DNA of 63,447 bases, filler included, from Octopus bimaculoides (GCF_001194135.2; 6 parts of 6 records of this genome joined end to end with filler, not necessarily neighbours in it), one strand, 5' to 3'; positions 1 through 12,689 are shown, numbered from the whole stretch's first letter. A program made the numbers and translations. The notes: generated from the letters alone by a model not told the origin.

Positions 1-28
1 ATATATATATATATATATATATATATAC

Positions 29-350
29 AGGGTTGGCAAGAAGTCACCCGACAGTAAATCAAAATTCTATAGATACTATATTTAAGAGAAGAGTAATTAT
101 GTACATTATTTACATTTGACGGATATTTGTCCTCATCTTGTATGTTGTTAACACAACGTTTGATCAGGTGGCTTGAGGAAATTTCGAACCTGGGTCCTCA
201 TTCCTAAGGTATTTTTCGATGTTATTATCACTGCCTGGAATCGAACTCGAAATCTTGGGGTTAGGAGCCCACGCTCTTAACCACTACGCCATATGCCCGT
301 GGGCAATTATGGAGTGAGGTTTAGGGCTTCTAAATCTAATAATTTCCTAT
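29..350 (-). mobile_element. Composite non-autonomous element: tRNA-like head followed by a Penelope-type tail with a deleted hammerhead remnant
   Basis: Minus strand reads GGGCATATGGCGTAGTGGTTAAGAGCG...GAGTTCGATTCCAGGCAG (298-231), then CCAC-CTGAT-CAAACGTT-GTGT (171-151). Bounded by (AT)n and (GT)/(AT) repeats. Confidence 0.55.
228..298 (-). promoter_or_regulatory. tRNA-derived Pol III internal promoter (A box, B box) of a SINE-like head
   Basis: A box TGGCGTAGTGG (291-281), B box GAGTTCGATTCC (248-237), anticodon-like arm GGG-CTCCTAA-CCC. The acceptor stem is not closed, so this is not a functional tRNA. Confidence 0.75.
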
Positions 351-410
351 GTGTGTATATATATACACACACTTACATATATATATATATATATATATAT
401 GCATATATAC

Positions 411-574
411 GACGGGCTTCTTTCAATTTCCGTCTACCAAATCCACTCATAAGGCTTTGGTCGGCTCGAGGCTATAGTAGAAGACACTTGCCCAAGGTGC
501 CACGCAGTGGGACTGAACCCGGAACCATGTGGTTTGTAAGCAAGCTACTTACCACACAGCCACTCCTGCGCCTA
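411..574 (-). mobile_element. tRNA-derived SINE family A, 5' half (head plus CORE-like segment)
   Basis: Minus strand: AGGCGCAGGAGTGGCTGTGTGGTAAG (A box), GGTTCAGTCCC (B box), ACCTTGGGCAAGTGTCTTCTACTATAGCC. Ends in an (AT)n tract. Near-identical copies at 7718, 18960, 21826, 30837, 56972. Confidence 0.85.
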
Positions 575-649
575 TATATGAAGTAAAAGAAGGAAATTGC
601 ACACTTTGCATAGTTTTAATATATTTTAAAATATATTTTATATTGCGTT

Positions 650-682
650 TGTCGACCGGTTTCGCTTTCGCTGATGGTGACA
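650..682 (-). ncRNA. Hammerhead-like fold with divergent core in the PLE 3' tail
   Basis: TGTC-ACCATCA-GC(GAAA)GC-GAAA-CCGGTC-GACA: stem I TGTC/GACA, 7-nt junction, 2-bp stem II with GAAA loop, GAAA, palindrome ACCGGT, GUC triplet. The core heptamer matches CUGANGA at only 3 of 7 positions. Confidence 0.35.
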
Positions 683-961
683 TTGAAATTATTGTAATTT
701 CGTATTTTCTTAAGAAGATTTTAGTCCCAGCTATGTGTGGAGAAGTTTATAAATGAATGATTCAACAAGAAGAAAAATCAAAGGAGAGGTAATTGGTGAT
801 CGTTACTATTGGGGATAGGAGAGGTAATTGTTCATCATTCAGGGTGCGGATAAATATACACAAACACTCAAAAGCTAAAGTGGTGAGATGAAATATGTAC
901 AGAAATGGGTAAGTGATCATGAGTTAAAATATATATTGAGATCAAAGTTGGTTATGCGTTC

Positions 962-1795
962 ATATTTAGACGTGTTCTGTATTTTTGGTTGAACAAATTT
1001 TCTTTACTTAAACGTTTTTGAAATTGTTTCTTTGCGCTGGTAGATGGGAAAAACTGTGAAGTTTGGTTGGATATTTCCTGCACATCTCTCTATGTGTTCA
1101 CTCAAATGAATCTGTGTGTATTGCGGGAACCAGATCTGTTCCTTATGAAGTGTGATTCTCTGTCTCAGTATCATACTTGTCTGTCCTATATAGTTATGTC
1201 CACAACCTGAGCAAGTAATAACAGAAATTAGATTCTCGGAAGCACAAATGAAGTTGGTTTTAATTGTAAACCTCTTCCAGTAAGTTGAGCATGTTCCACT
1301 GTTTGGGAGTCCACAGTTTTCAACCGTTGGTTTCGTGGTTGTTGTGTAAATCTTCGAATTTATTAGAAGTCTTTTTAGTTATTTGTGTTGCATTTTGCAT
1401 TTGATGAATTTACGTGTTTTCAGAATGTTGTTCATTTTTGGATCTCTAGTGAGCATTGTGAGATTTTGTACAATAGTGTTGTTTCTAGGGTTGTGAGTTG
1501 ATATATACAGCAGTGTTTTGAGATGAGGTGTGGTGTTACATTTTGTTGCCTTTAGTGTTTTAATGTCTAATTTCTCAGCACGCTTAATTCTATCGTCTAT
1601 AAGTGAGAGTAGCTATTGTCTTTCAGTTAGTGTTCTGAGGCCTTGAAGACGAAGGTCCCGAGTATTTTTATGTGAAAATCCTTTTTGCTAAATTAAAGGG
1701 GATATTTCTTTTGATGTGTTTTGGGTGGCATGAGCTAAACAGGAGATATTGCTTCTAGCCCGATGGTTTATGATAAATGTCAATTATAATTTGGT
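962..1795 (-). pseudogene. Disrupted Penelope RT-thumb/GIY-YIG coding region
   Basis: Motifs IYHKP, CHPKH, IPFNLA, CxxC-NYIGQT, LRQR..H, and terminal QKYRTRLN. In-frame stops present. Confidence 0.85.
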
Positions 1796-1804
1796 TCTTG
1801 ACTT

Positions 1805-1841
<37 letters not shown>

Positions 1842-1996
1842 TGTATGTATGTATATATGTCTGTATTTATCTATGTTTTCACCCATGCACACACGTTCGC
1901 ATTTCAGTCTGTAAGTATCTACTATATATGGTTATAATATTACGTAGACACACAGACATATAACATTATGTTTAGAAGATTAGAGTATTGCAACTA

Positions 1997-2039
1997 ATAG
2001 CAGCAGTAGCAACAACAACAACAACAACAACAACAACAA

Positions 2040-2094
<55 letters not shown>

Positions 2095-2100
2095 AGCAAG
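1997..2100. repeat. (CAA)n microsatellite with (CAG/TAG) flanks
   Basis: Direct reading of the sequence. Confidence 0.95.
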
Positions 2101-3563
2101 AAAAACAGTAGCAGATACATTCACCACCGCCATGATGATATAGTAACAAAAAACTGTTTTTTGTTTGTTTTTCTTTTGCCTTTTTTTGAACGTTGTCTTA
2201 TCTTTTGATATACCAGTTGTCAGAGAGTAACATTGTCACCAACTTGCACCTCACCCGGACGTCACTCCACTATCATCATTATTCACCATCTACTCATTCC
2301 GTCATCAGTTCTTCGTTCTTTATCATCTCACCTTGAAAGTGTTTCAGGTTGTTTTAAAAATACAACATAATGAAAGGCAGTAAGGAAGAAAAAAAAAACG
2401 AAAAGAAAATGAGAAAAAATATTAATGTATGCACACGTTTATGTATGTATGTGTGCCTGTATGCATATATGTTTGTATGTGTGTATGTATGTTTGTATGT
2501 ATGTATGCATGTATGCACGTATGTTTGTATGCATGTGCCTATGTATGCACGTGTGTATGTATGTGTATATCTAAATATGTATGTATCAAGGTGTGCAAGC
2601 CTGCATTTTATTTATGTATATATTTATGAACGTTTATATGTATGGGTATGTATGTATGTCTGTATTTATGTATGTAAGTATGTAAATATGTATGTACGTA
2701 CGCACATATATCTATGCATGTATATGGGTATGCATATGTATGAATTTGTTTATATATGCATATGAAGGTGTATGTGCACATCGTTGTGTGACTGTAGATA
2801 TGGATGAATGAATGTATACATGTATGTGTATATATAAATAGGTATATGTATGCATGTATGNNNNNNNNNNNNNNNNNNNNNNNNNNNNNNNNNNNNNNNN
2901 NNNNNNNNNNNNNNNNNNNNNNNNNNNNNNNNNNNNNNNNNNNNNNNNNNNNNNNNNNNNNNNNNNNNNNNNNNNNNNNNNNNNNNNNNNNNNNNNNNNN
3001 NNNNNNNNNNNNNNNNNNNNNNNNNNNNNNNNNNNNNNNNNNNNNNNNNNNNNNNNNNNNNNNNNNNNNNNNNNNNNNNNNNNNNNNNNNNNNNNNNNNN
3101 NNNNNNNNNNNNNNNNNNNNNNNNNNNNNNNNNNNNNNNNNNNNNNNNNNNNNNNNNNNNNNNNNNNNNNNNNNNNNNNNNNNNNNNNNNNNNNNNNNNN
3201 NNNNNNNNNNNNNNNNNNNNNNNNNNNNNNNNNNNNNNNNNNNNNNNNNNNNNNNNNNNNNNNNNNNNNNNNNNNNNNNNNNNNNNNNNNNNNNNNNNNN
3301 NNNNNNNNNNNNNNNNNNNNNNNNNNNNNNNNNNNNNNNNNNNNNNNNNNNNNNNNNNNNNNNNNNNNNNNNNNNNNNNNNNNNNNNNNNNNNNNNNNNN
3401 NNNNNNNNNNNNNNNNNNNNNNNNNNNNNNNNNNNNNNNNNNNNNNNNNNNNNNNNNNNNNNNNNNNNNNNNNNNNNNNNNNNNNNNNNNNNNNNNNNNN
3501 NNNNNNNNNNNNNNNNNNNNNNNNNNNNNNNNNNNNNNNNNNNNNNNNNNNNNNNNNNNNNNN

Positions 3564-3599
<36 letters not shown>

Positions 3600-4200
3600 A
3601 TGTACGTACGTATGTATGTAATGTTGCTTACTTAAAATATCTGAATGCTGAGCAGTGCAGTCTTTTTTGTACACACATACACACACACACATACACACAT
3701 ACACACATATACACATAAACAAACAAATAAAGAAAAAGAAGAAAAATATATATTATATGAACAATAATACGGAAAAGAAATAAGTATGGGGGAAAAAAAG
3801 AAACGAAAACGAAAACAAGAAGACTAAGATTTCATAGCTGCAAACAAGAATTTTGCTTTCATGTAAGATATAAGTAATTTCTGTGTAGCATCTTTTTAAT
3901 TATTTGTGCATGTTTGTGAGTTCTTGACCGTGTGAAATAGTGAGGAAATGAACCAATGTATGTTTATGCGTGTCTTTGTATGTGGGTACGCATTTTTACA
4001 TAATTATATATTCAAGCATGCAGACATTCACACACATTCTCACACACACACGCACTACACGTACTGACACACACATACAATATATAAATATATACATGCA
4101 TATGCATATACATACATACACGTTTATATAATATCCACATACATATACATATATGTATATATATATATATGTATATATACATATGTGTATATATGTATTG

Positions 4201-4250
<50 letters not shown>

Positions 4251-4313
4251 CATATATACATATACATACATATATAAATATACATATAAATATATAAATA
4301 TATTTATGTATGC

Positions 4314-4354
<41 letters not shown>

Positions 4355-4396
4355 CATATATAAATATATATATATATATGCCTGTATGTATGTATG

Positions 4397-4430
<34 letters not shown>

Positions 4431-5095
4431 GATAAATGAATAAGTAAATGAATGAATATGTAGATAGGGAGTCAATCAACTTTAGCATAAGAAATACAAA
4501 AAGGAAAAATGAAGGAAAAAGGAGGAAATAAAGAAAAGGTAAAGAGAACAAAGATCGCATTAACCTGGCAAGGACGAAAACAAGTTGAGAACTATGATAA
4601 TCATGCTGATAAGATCATAAAGAATTAAGGAAGTGCTTCCTTTCTCACTAGACCAATACATCAAAGAAAACGTCTATTAGCGTATCTACTAGTATTAATT
4701 GTCAAGTCATAACTTTGAAGCAATCATAAAAATTTTCTCCATTTAGATATACTACAGAATCAGCTGTGATACTTTCTATGTTAATATTTCGTAAAATTAA
4801 AAGTGAAAGGAAAGCATTTTTCAACTGTTGTCTCTCTTATCCTCTTCCCTTTTTCTCTTTTTTATCATTCACGATTTCTGCTCTATAATTCTTCCTATTG
4901 TTCAAGTGATTTTTTTTCCTGTCTACTACTATGATATATAGAGAGGCAAACTGGATGCGTTCAATTTATTTCTAATTCGTTTGTATTCGACTGATGAGGT
5001 AGTACTTACGTAACAAATTCTTATGCAACCACATGAAACATATGTATTAATTGCGTTCGAAATATTAATCATTGTCTGGTGATAATTTTATATAT

Positions 5096-5156
<61 letters not shown>

Positions 5157-7091
5157 AATATATATAAGGTAATTATAAGGTAAGGACTGGAACATGTAAG
5201 GCACGGACTATAATTGTTTCATAGCAAACTAAAGTTTGTTATATATGTTGTAACAAGCGCAAACCAGCTTAGCTAATCTTCAGGTCTTTGTTACCTCAAC
5301 GTTGTTTACATTGGGCACGGAAATGAAGAAATGAGTTCTCAAACTGTCCACTACAGGAATGACCATTCGAGATAAAAGAAGAAATCAGATTAAAATCAAA
5401 ACCAAATTACCAATGAAAGCATTAGTTTGTGGGAAGGTCAAATAACTTGAATGAAGTGAAGTAGTCATTAAAGAGAAGGAAAAAGAATGCTAGATAGGGG
5501 GAAGAAAGTGAAGTGGGTAGGACTAGCTTTAAAAATCCTCTACTCAAGAATGTCAAAGGAATAGCGGGAGAGAGCGAGCTGATAGCGTGAGGTTCTAGAT
5601 ATCTATGATGAATTATCAGGACAGCACTGATAACAAAGTGAAGTTCATCAAGTAATGTAAGCCACGAACTAATGTTTACGTTTGAATAAAGGATACAAGT
5701 ATATAAGTACACACAAACACACACACACACACACACATATATCTATACACACACATGAGTATATATAAGAATAGATAAACAAAGCAATACTCACATACAC
5801 ACACACACACGCACTGACCTAAAGTTTGTTTATTTCTCATCACTGCTTAGCGCTACTACAAATATATTCGTTCTGACTGAGCGGTCTGCCAATGTGCGTC
5901 AGTCAATAGTATTGAATGTTATATTATAAACCTACGGCTTTCTAAACGGTTCAGGGTTATCATTCTTCGGTATCTCCCACTGAGGAAGACTAAAGAGTCA
6001 GAAATGCATCTTGGAGTTCGAGAAAGGGCACCAGTGAACAGAATTTTACCGTAAATAAGAAATTCTTCTCCACGAGCGAAGGGCATAGGTAAGTAGTTGG
6101 TGCAGTAGTGTGATGTGGGTTTAGCTGGTCAAGAAACAGAAGGTATCATGATTGAGAGGATAAAGATGAAGGAACAGAGAATGAGAAAAAGGTCAACATT
6201 GTCTGGTGTATCTGTGTCACTCAAAGACAATGTATGTGAGGACATATGCTGGCATAAACCTGCCATGAGGGCGAACGCTTCAACGGAAGTACGAACAGTG
6301 CCGGAGAAGGAAGAAAAACCGATAAGTGTACCGCATACATACGTACATTACACACTCATACATATTTACATATACGTTTCGATGTACGAACGAGAGGAAG
6401 AGGATAAAATACATACAAGAGTTCATTTATTTCTTCAACGATGCTGTTTCTGTTTGTCACATTTGTACGTTCGTTCAAGTATCACGTTACTTCGACAAAA
6501 CTCAGGGTAACGACAAAGTGCAACAGCTCTCTCATCTCTCTCTCTGTCTTTCTCTCTGTGTATGTGTCGCTCTCTCCCTCCCTCCCTCNNNNNNNNNNNN
6601 NNNNNNNNNNNNNNNNNNNNNNNNNNNNNNNNNNNNNNNNNNNNNNNNNNNNNNNNNNNNNNNNNNNNNNNNNNNNNNNNNNNNNNNNNNNNNNNNNNNN
6701 NNNNNNNNNNNNNNNNNNNNNNNNNNNNNNNNNNNNNNNNNNNNNNNNNNNNNNNNNNNNNNNNNNNNNNNNNNNNNNNNNNNNNNNNNNNNNNNNNNNN
6801 NNNNNNNNNNNNNNNNNNNNNNNNNNNNNNNNNNNNNNNNNNNNNNNNNNNNNNNNNNNNNNNNNNNNNNNNNNNNNNNNNNNNNNNNNNNNNNNNNNNN
6901 NNNNNNNNNNNNNNNNNNNNNNNNNNNNNNNNNNNNNNNNNNNNNNNNNNNNNNNNNNNNNNNNNNNNNNNNNNNNNNNNNNNNNNNNNNNNNNNNNNNN
7001 NNNNNNNNNNNNNNNNNNNNNNNNNNNNNNNNNNNNNNNNNNNNNNNNNNNNNNNNNNNNNNNNNNNNNNNNNNNNNNNNNNNNNNNNNNN

Positions 7092-7142
<51 letters not shown>

Positions 7143-7356
7143 ATGTGTGTGTGTGTGTGTGTTTGTGTAATATGCACACATGTGCACGCGCACATGCATA
7201 CATATAAGCAATATCTGAAATTTTGTTATGCATTTTTGCAATATAATGGTACAATTAAAACTATTTGGAATATTTTTAAAATGTGTAACAACCGTGATTT
7301 TGACACTACACGCAGCCTCAGGCACATAAATATGCACACACACACACACACACACA

Positions 7357-7387
<31 letters not shown>

Positions 7388-7460
7388 ACACACACACATA
7401 GTTATATATGTATGTATGTATACAAACATATATATATATACATACATATATATATATATA

Positions 7461-7674
7461 TATTCTTTTATTCTTTTACTTGTTTTAGTCATTTGACTGC
7501 GGCCATGATGGAGCACTGCCTTTTAGTCGAACAAATAGAGCCCAGGACTTAATCTTTGTAAACTTGGTACTTATTCTATCGGTATCTTTTGCAGAACTGC
7601 AAGTTACGGGGACATAAACACACAAACATCGGTTGTCAAACGACGGTGATGGGAACAAACACAGACACAAAGAG

Positions 7675-7718
<44 letters not shown>

Positions 7719-7823
7719 GACGGGCTTCTTTCCGTTTCCGTCTACCAAATTCACTCACAAGGATTTGGTAGGCCCGAGGCGATAGTACAAAACACTTGCC
7801 CAAGATGCCACGCAGTGGTACTG
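7461..7823 (-). mobile_element. SINE family A, nearly full length, with internal (AT)n
   Basis: 3' half GTCATTTGACTGCGGCCATG...GACAAACACAGACAC (7461-7678), (AT)n 7679-7717, head 7718-7823 running into a gap. Confidence 0.85.
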
Positions 7824-8152
7824 NNNNNNNNNNNNNNNNNNNNNNNNNNNNNNNNNNNNNNNNNNNNNNNNNNNNNNNNNNNNNNNNNNNNNNNNNNNNN
7901 NNNNNNNNNNNNNNNNNNNNNNNNNNNNNNNNNNNNNNNNNNNNNNNNNNNNNNNNNNNNNNNNNNNNNNNNNNNNNNNNNNNNNNNNNNNNNNNNNNNN
8001 NNNNNNNNNNNNNNNNNNNNNNNNNNNNNNNNNNNNNNNNNNNNNNNNNNNNNCTTATTATTTTATCTATCTATCTATCTATCTATCTAACCAGGTGTGT
8101 ATATACATGTTTACGTTTTTGTACGTCTATATATACAAACATGCATATATAT

Positions 8153-8229
<77 letters not shown>

Positions 8230-8977
8230 CACATACAGTATATAAATATATGTATATATGCATGTAGATATATATACATCTGTACGTATATATGTATGTA
8301 TGTGCTCGCGCGCGTGCGTGTGTGTGTATGTGCGTGTGTGTGTGTGTGCGTGCGTGTATACATGCGTATAATCAGTCTACCAGTATATTTCCAGGTATGT
8401 TTCCGCTCTACGTAAAGCAATGAAGACACGTGTGTACAGAGAATTAAGCACTCGCACGACAATGCAAATCACCCCACCCCATATAAATGTATGGATATAT
8501 ATATATATATACATGTGTGTGTGTGTGTGTATGTGTGTGTCTATGTGTGTGTTAGGGGTGTTAGGGGTGAGTTGGCGGATTTAGTATTTCTCATTTATTC
8601 TTTGACACCCCAAATATTGGTGTGATATTTCTAAAACTGGAATTATGAAGGATTATTTCAGGTGTTCGCATCAGGCTGGGGTTCATGTTTGTCAAGGAGC
8701 TTAATTGACATTTTTCTAATTATAATTTAATATCATTAATGAAATTCAAAAAAGTACACCTACACACCCTCATACACACATGCACTCGCACGTTCAATTC
8801 GCATGCGATTCTTGAAATAGTAGTGCGCAGCTCACATGCGTACAAATGAAAATACACTGCACACACATGCACGCTTACAATCATGTACGCACACACGTAT
8901 CACTGCACGTGCATACACACACGAATTTGTATGTATGTATGTATCTATATTCATACATATGTATGTGATTGTGTATA

Positions 8978-9033
<56 letters not shown>

Positions 9034-9059
9034 CATGTATACACACGTGTATACACGCA

Positions 9060-9282
9060 TACGTGTGGGTGGTGGGTGTTGAAAAATTCCTGGCTTTAAG
9101 GATATCGCCTAAGGCCTGACTGTAGGCCAAACCTTCCAAATTCTTTGTAAGGATTTAGAAAAACTGAAGGACCACTGCAGTAAGTGTGTGAATCTGAGAG
9201 GAAATATGTCGAATAAAATCATAATTGACCCGTCTTTAATTTCTTTTACCCAAAGCCAGGAATTTTTCAGCACCATCTCGTA
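9060..9282 (+). mobile_element. Mariner-derived MITE
   Basis: TIR core GGTGTTGAAAAATTCCTGGCTTT (9075-9097) pairs with AAAGCCAGGAATTTTTCAGCACC (9252-9274), 22/23. Right end CTCGTA. The interior resembles a mariner C-terminus (KCVNLRGNM). Related copy at 36418. Confidence 0.7.
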
Positions 9283-9869
9283 TATATGATATGATAAAGG
9301 CAGCGGTGTTATTAGAAAACGACAACTATTGTCCCTACAAATCTACAAAGAAGCACATATTTGGTAAAATAGCAACCAAATAACAATCTACTACTTCAAA
9401 TTAAAGGAAGAATACATTAGACACACTACATCTTTAATAAAAGACGGTATCGTTGCAGCTACAATATATTTGTCACGAGTTAGCTTCACTATGGTTTATC
9501 TTGGGTACTTAATTTAACGTCCAGTTCAACATCATCATCTGTATTTAATGGAGTTCACACTGTAACAAACATTCGGCATAGATCTCGAATGAATATAATT
9601 TCCTTGCTTCCTCTCACGATTTGGGGAAGTCCTAGAAATTACCATGAGCGCTGTTTTCGTCTTCTAATTAAACCATTAAAACAATATCAAGAATATCATT
9701 AAACACAAGGGAATGAAAACTGCATCAAGAACAACAGCAATATGAGTCAACAAGGGAGCTTCTATGTTAACCCCCTACTAGTGGAAATAGCAGCCAAATC
9801 TAAAAGAAGAAAAGGCCAAGATCCTAAATTCAATTTCCCCTAAACAATAGGTGCAAATCAATAAACCTT

Positions 9870-10600
9870 ACTAGAATGAGCTGGGTTTAATTAGCAAGAC
9901 TATAGTCAGCACAATAAAACTGCACTACCACTGTTATTGAGTGACTAAATAATGTAGAAAAAAGGATTCTGCAAATTCACCCGAGTTGGTAGTTATGTAC
10001 TGTCATCGAAAAATTTTAACTGGAAAAATACAGAATTATCGGAGTTATGGGCATTGAAAGTGTACATGCATCAAGAAAATGCAATAATAAGATTTAGCAG
10101 TTGAAAATTGTGATTAGTGAAATGCAGAATTAGGTCCGCTGAATCTGGAGTCAAAAATTTATGTACTGTCATTGGAAACTTTTAACTGGAAAAATGCAGA
10201 ATTATCGGAGTTATGGGCATTGAAAGTGTACATGCATCAACAAAATTCAATAATAAGGTTTAGCATTTGAAAACTGTGATTAGTGAAATGCAGAATTAGG
10301 TCCGCTGATCGTGAGAATCAAATATTGATCGCTTCGCTAAAAACTAACAACTGTAAGTGCAGGTGCTATGGGTTATTCCCCTTGGGTGTTTAAAAAATTA
10401 GTTATATGAGATAGATATAAAGATAATACTTCCAGGGGTAGTATTATCGAATTTTTCAACAATCTAAGTATGTCACGAGGTTTCCAGACATGAATTCCAC
10501 TCACGTGTGAAGTTTCAACAAAATCAATGAAACGATGTAGGAGTTAGCTGACAACGCCACAAACAAACACACACTGATTTTCCACATATTTAGTAGATAT
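9870..10600 (+). mobile_element. Non-autonomous Helitron-like element with internal tandem duplication
   Basis: Ends ...ACAAACAAACACACACTGATTTTCCACATATTTAGTAGAT, an architecture typical of animal non-autonomous Helitrons. Contains the 166-bp tandem. Family assignment is inference. Confidence 0.4.
9993..10308 (+). repeat. Tandem duplication, period 166 bp, two copies of about 150 bp
   Basis: TTATGTACTGTCA...AATTAGGTCCGCTGA at 9993-10142 and 10159-10308 with scattered substitutions. Confidence 0.92.
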
Positions 10601-11970
10601 ATATATACACTTCTAATATAAGGATAACATTTTTTCAAAAGCAAATTTTATCAGAGGCCAGTATATTAAAATACCTTTTAGGGTGAAAATTATAAACTAT
10701 TATAAATAAGGGCAAAAGAAACAAAATTTCTATGCAATATGCTGAAAAATAGACTTTAGATCGTCTAACCGCATNNNNNNNNNNNNNNNNNNNNNNNNNN
10801 NNNNNNNNNNNNNNNNNNNNNNNNNNNNNNNNNNNNNNNNNNNNNNNNNNNNNNNNNNNNNNNNNNNNNNNNNNNNNNNNNNNNNNNNNNNNNNNNNNNN
10901 NNNNNNNNNNNNNNNNNNNNNNNNNNNNNNNNNNNNNNNNNNNNNNNNNNNNNNNNNNNNNNNNNNNNNNNNNNNNNNNNNNNNNNNNNNNNNNNNNNNN
11001 NNNNNNNNNNNNNNNNNNNNNNNNNNNNNNNNNNNNNNNNNNNNNNNNNNNNNNNNNNNNNNNNNNNNNNNNNNNNNNNNNNNNNNNNNNNNNNNNNNNN
11101 NNNNNNNNNNNNNNNNNNNNNNNNNNNNNNNNNNNNNNNNNNNNNNNNNNNNNNNNNNNNNNNNNNNNNNNNNNNNNNNNNNNNNNNNNNNNNNNNNNNN
11201 NNNNNNNNNNNNNNNNNNNNNNNNNNNNNNNNNNNNNNNNNNNNNNNNNNNNNNNNNNNNNNNNNNNNNNNNNNNNNNNNNNNNNNNNNNNNNNNNNNNN
11301 NNNNNNNNNNNNNNNNNNNNNNNNNNNNNNNNNNNNNNNNNNNNNNNNNNNNNNNNNNNNNNNNNNNNNNNNNNNNNNNNNNNNNNNNNNNNNNNNNNNN
11401 NNNNNNNNNNNNNNNNNNNNNNNNNNNNNNNNNNNNNNNNNNNNNNNNNNNNNNNNNNNNNNNNNNNNNNNNNNNNNNNNNNNNNNNNNNNNNNNNNNNN
11501 NNNNNNNNNNNNNNNNNNNNNNNNNNNNNNNNNNNNNNNNNNNNNNNNNNNNNNNNNNNNNNNNNNNNNNNNNNNNNNNNNNNNNNNNNNNNNNNNNNNN
11601 NNNNNNNNNNNNNNNNNNNNNNNNNNNNNNNNNNNNNNNNNNNNNNNNNNNNNNNNNNNNNNNNNNNNNNNNNNNNNNNNNNNNNNNNNNNNNNNNNNNN
11701 NNNNNNNNNNNNNNNNNNNNNNNNNNNNNNNNNNNNNATAAAGGAGTTACGACGAAAAACGTATATATTTAAATGAACATATTTATCTTCTTCAATTTAT
11801 ATTTCAGTATAAAGAATTCATTAAGATACTTAATAAATCAAAATTCTTTTACACATCTTCAGGAAAAATAAATATAACACCAGAAAACTACATTCGGTTT
11901 AAAAATACAAACCGTTCATGGCGAAAAAATTGTGAAATTTTTTCGCCATGAACGGCGAATATTGCTTTAT
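10601..11970 (+). mobile_element. Probable non-autonomous Helitron spanning a gap
   Basis: Starts ATATACACTTCTAATATAAGG. Ends with a strong subterminal hairpin (11912-11955) followed about 9 nt later by a degenerate CT.. terminus into (AT)n. Confidence 0.4.
11912..11955. other. Perfect 20-bp stem hairpin with GTGA loop
   Basis: CCGTTCATGGCGAAAAAATT-GTGA-AATTTTTTCGCCATGAACGG. Confidence 0.95.
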
Positions 11971-12689
11971 ATATATGATTCACTTCTTTAAAAACGTTTC
12001 TCTAAGTCAACTCCCGGTATAATTCAACATGGGGCATCTCCAAAAATATGGGCGTTCTTTCGCTTGAACATGCACACTTCGTTAATTTCCGTAAAATTTA
12101 TTTATTTACCTTTTGCGCGCCGTGTTCAGCTCTATGTATTTGCAGTCAGTCACATATGCACACGTGTGTTTTTGTATGTACGTTTGTATATATCTATATA
12201 TGTGTGTGTGTGAGAGAGTGAGAGAGAGTGAGTGAAGGGGTGTGTTGTCATGTATACGTACATACATAAGTACATAAGCATGCATCTTTTTTGTGTGTAT
12301 GTGTGCGTGTGTGTGTGAGAGATAGAGACAGAGAGGGAGCAAAACAGTAATGTCTAAGTGGTATTCACTTTCTCTTTCTCTCTCTCACGCACACACACAC
12401 GCACATACATACAAAAACGATGTATGCTTATTTAATTATGCATGTACGTATATATGACAACACGCCCCTTTACTCGCTCTCTGTCGCTCTCCTCTCTCAC
12501 ACACGTCCATTTCATCTGATTTTTGATACTGTATGTTTGTGTATGTGTGTGTGTGTGTGTGAGTGCGTGCGTGCGTGCGTGCGTGCAGCGTTCCACAATC
12601 GTCATTTATTTCAATCACTTTTGCGAAGATATTCACGTAACCCATTTTTTCATTTAATCCCCATTTTAATTTTCAGAAAGGTTTCTTAA

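Larger units (their letters stand above)
590..1795 (-). mobile_element. Penelope-like retroelement, 5'-truncated (RT thumb, GIY-YIG endonuclease, 3' tail)
   Basis: Minus-strand translation gives IDIYHKPSG*KQYLLFSSCHPKHIKRNIPFNLAKRI (PLE RT C-terminus) and SVITCSGCGHNYIGQTSMILRQRITLHKEQI (GIY-YIG), with stops and frameshifts. Confidence 0.88.

Noticed and set aside
228-298. tRNA-Arg(CCT) gene
   Set aside because: The acceptor stem and T stem do not close; it is embedded in a repeat, so it is a SINE-type head.
2370-4560. ORFs rich in YI/CV/HT dipeptides (and many similar ones through the window)
   Set aside because: Translations of (AT)n, (GT)n and (ATGT)n microsatellites; stop-free by composition only.
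4991-5014. CTGATGAG-GTA(GTACT)TAC-GTAAC as a hammerhead
   Set aside because: GAAA is mutated to GTAA, and no cleavage triplet or stem I can be found. At most a decayed relic.
6115-6510. 131-aa ORF as a host gene
   Set aside because: No recognisable domain, GTG start, and it runs into TACA-rich repeat.
9993-10308. CRISPR-like or other spaced repeat array
   Set aside because: Only two long copies with no unique spacers; a simple tandem duplication in eukaryotic DNA.
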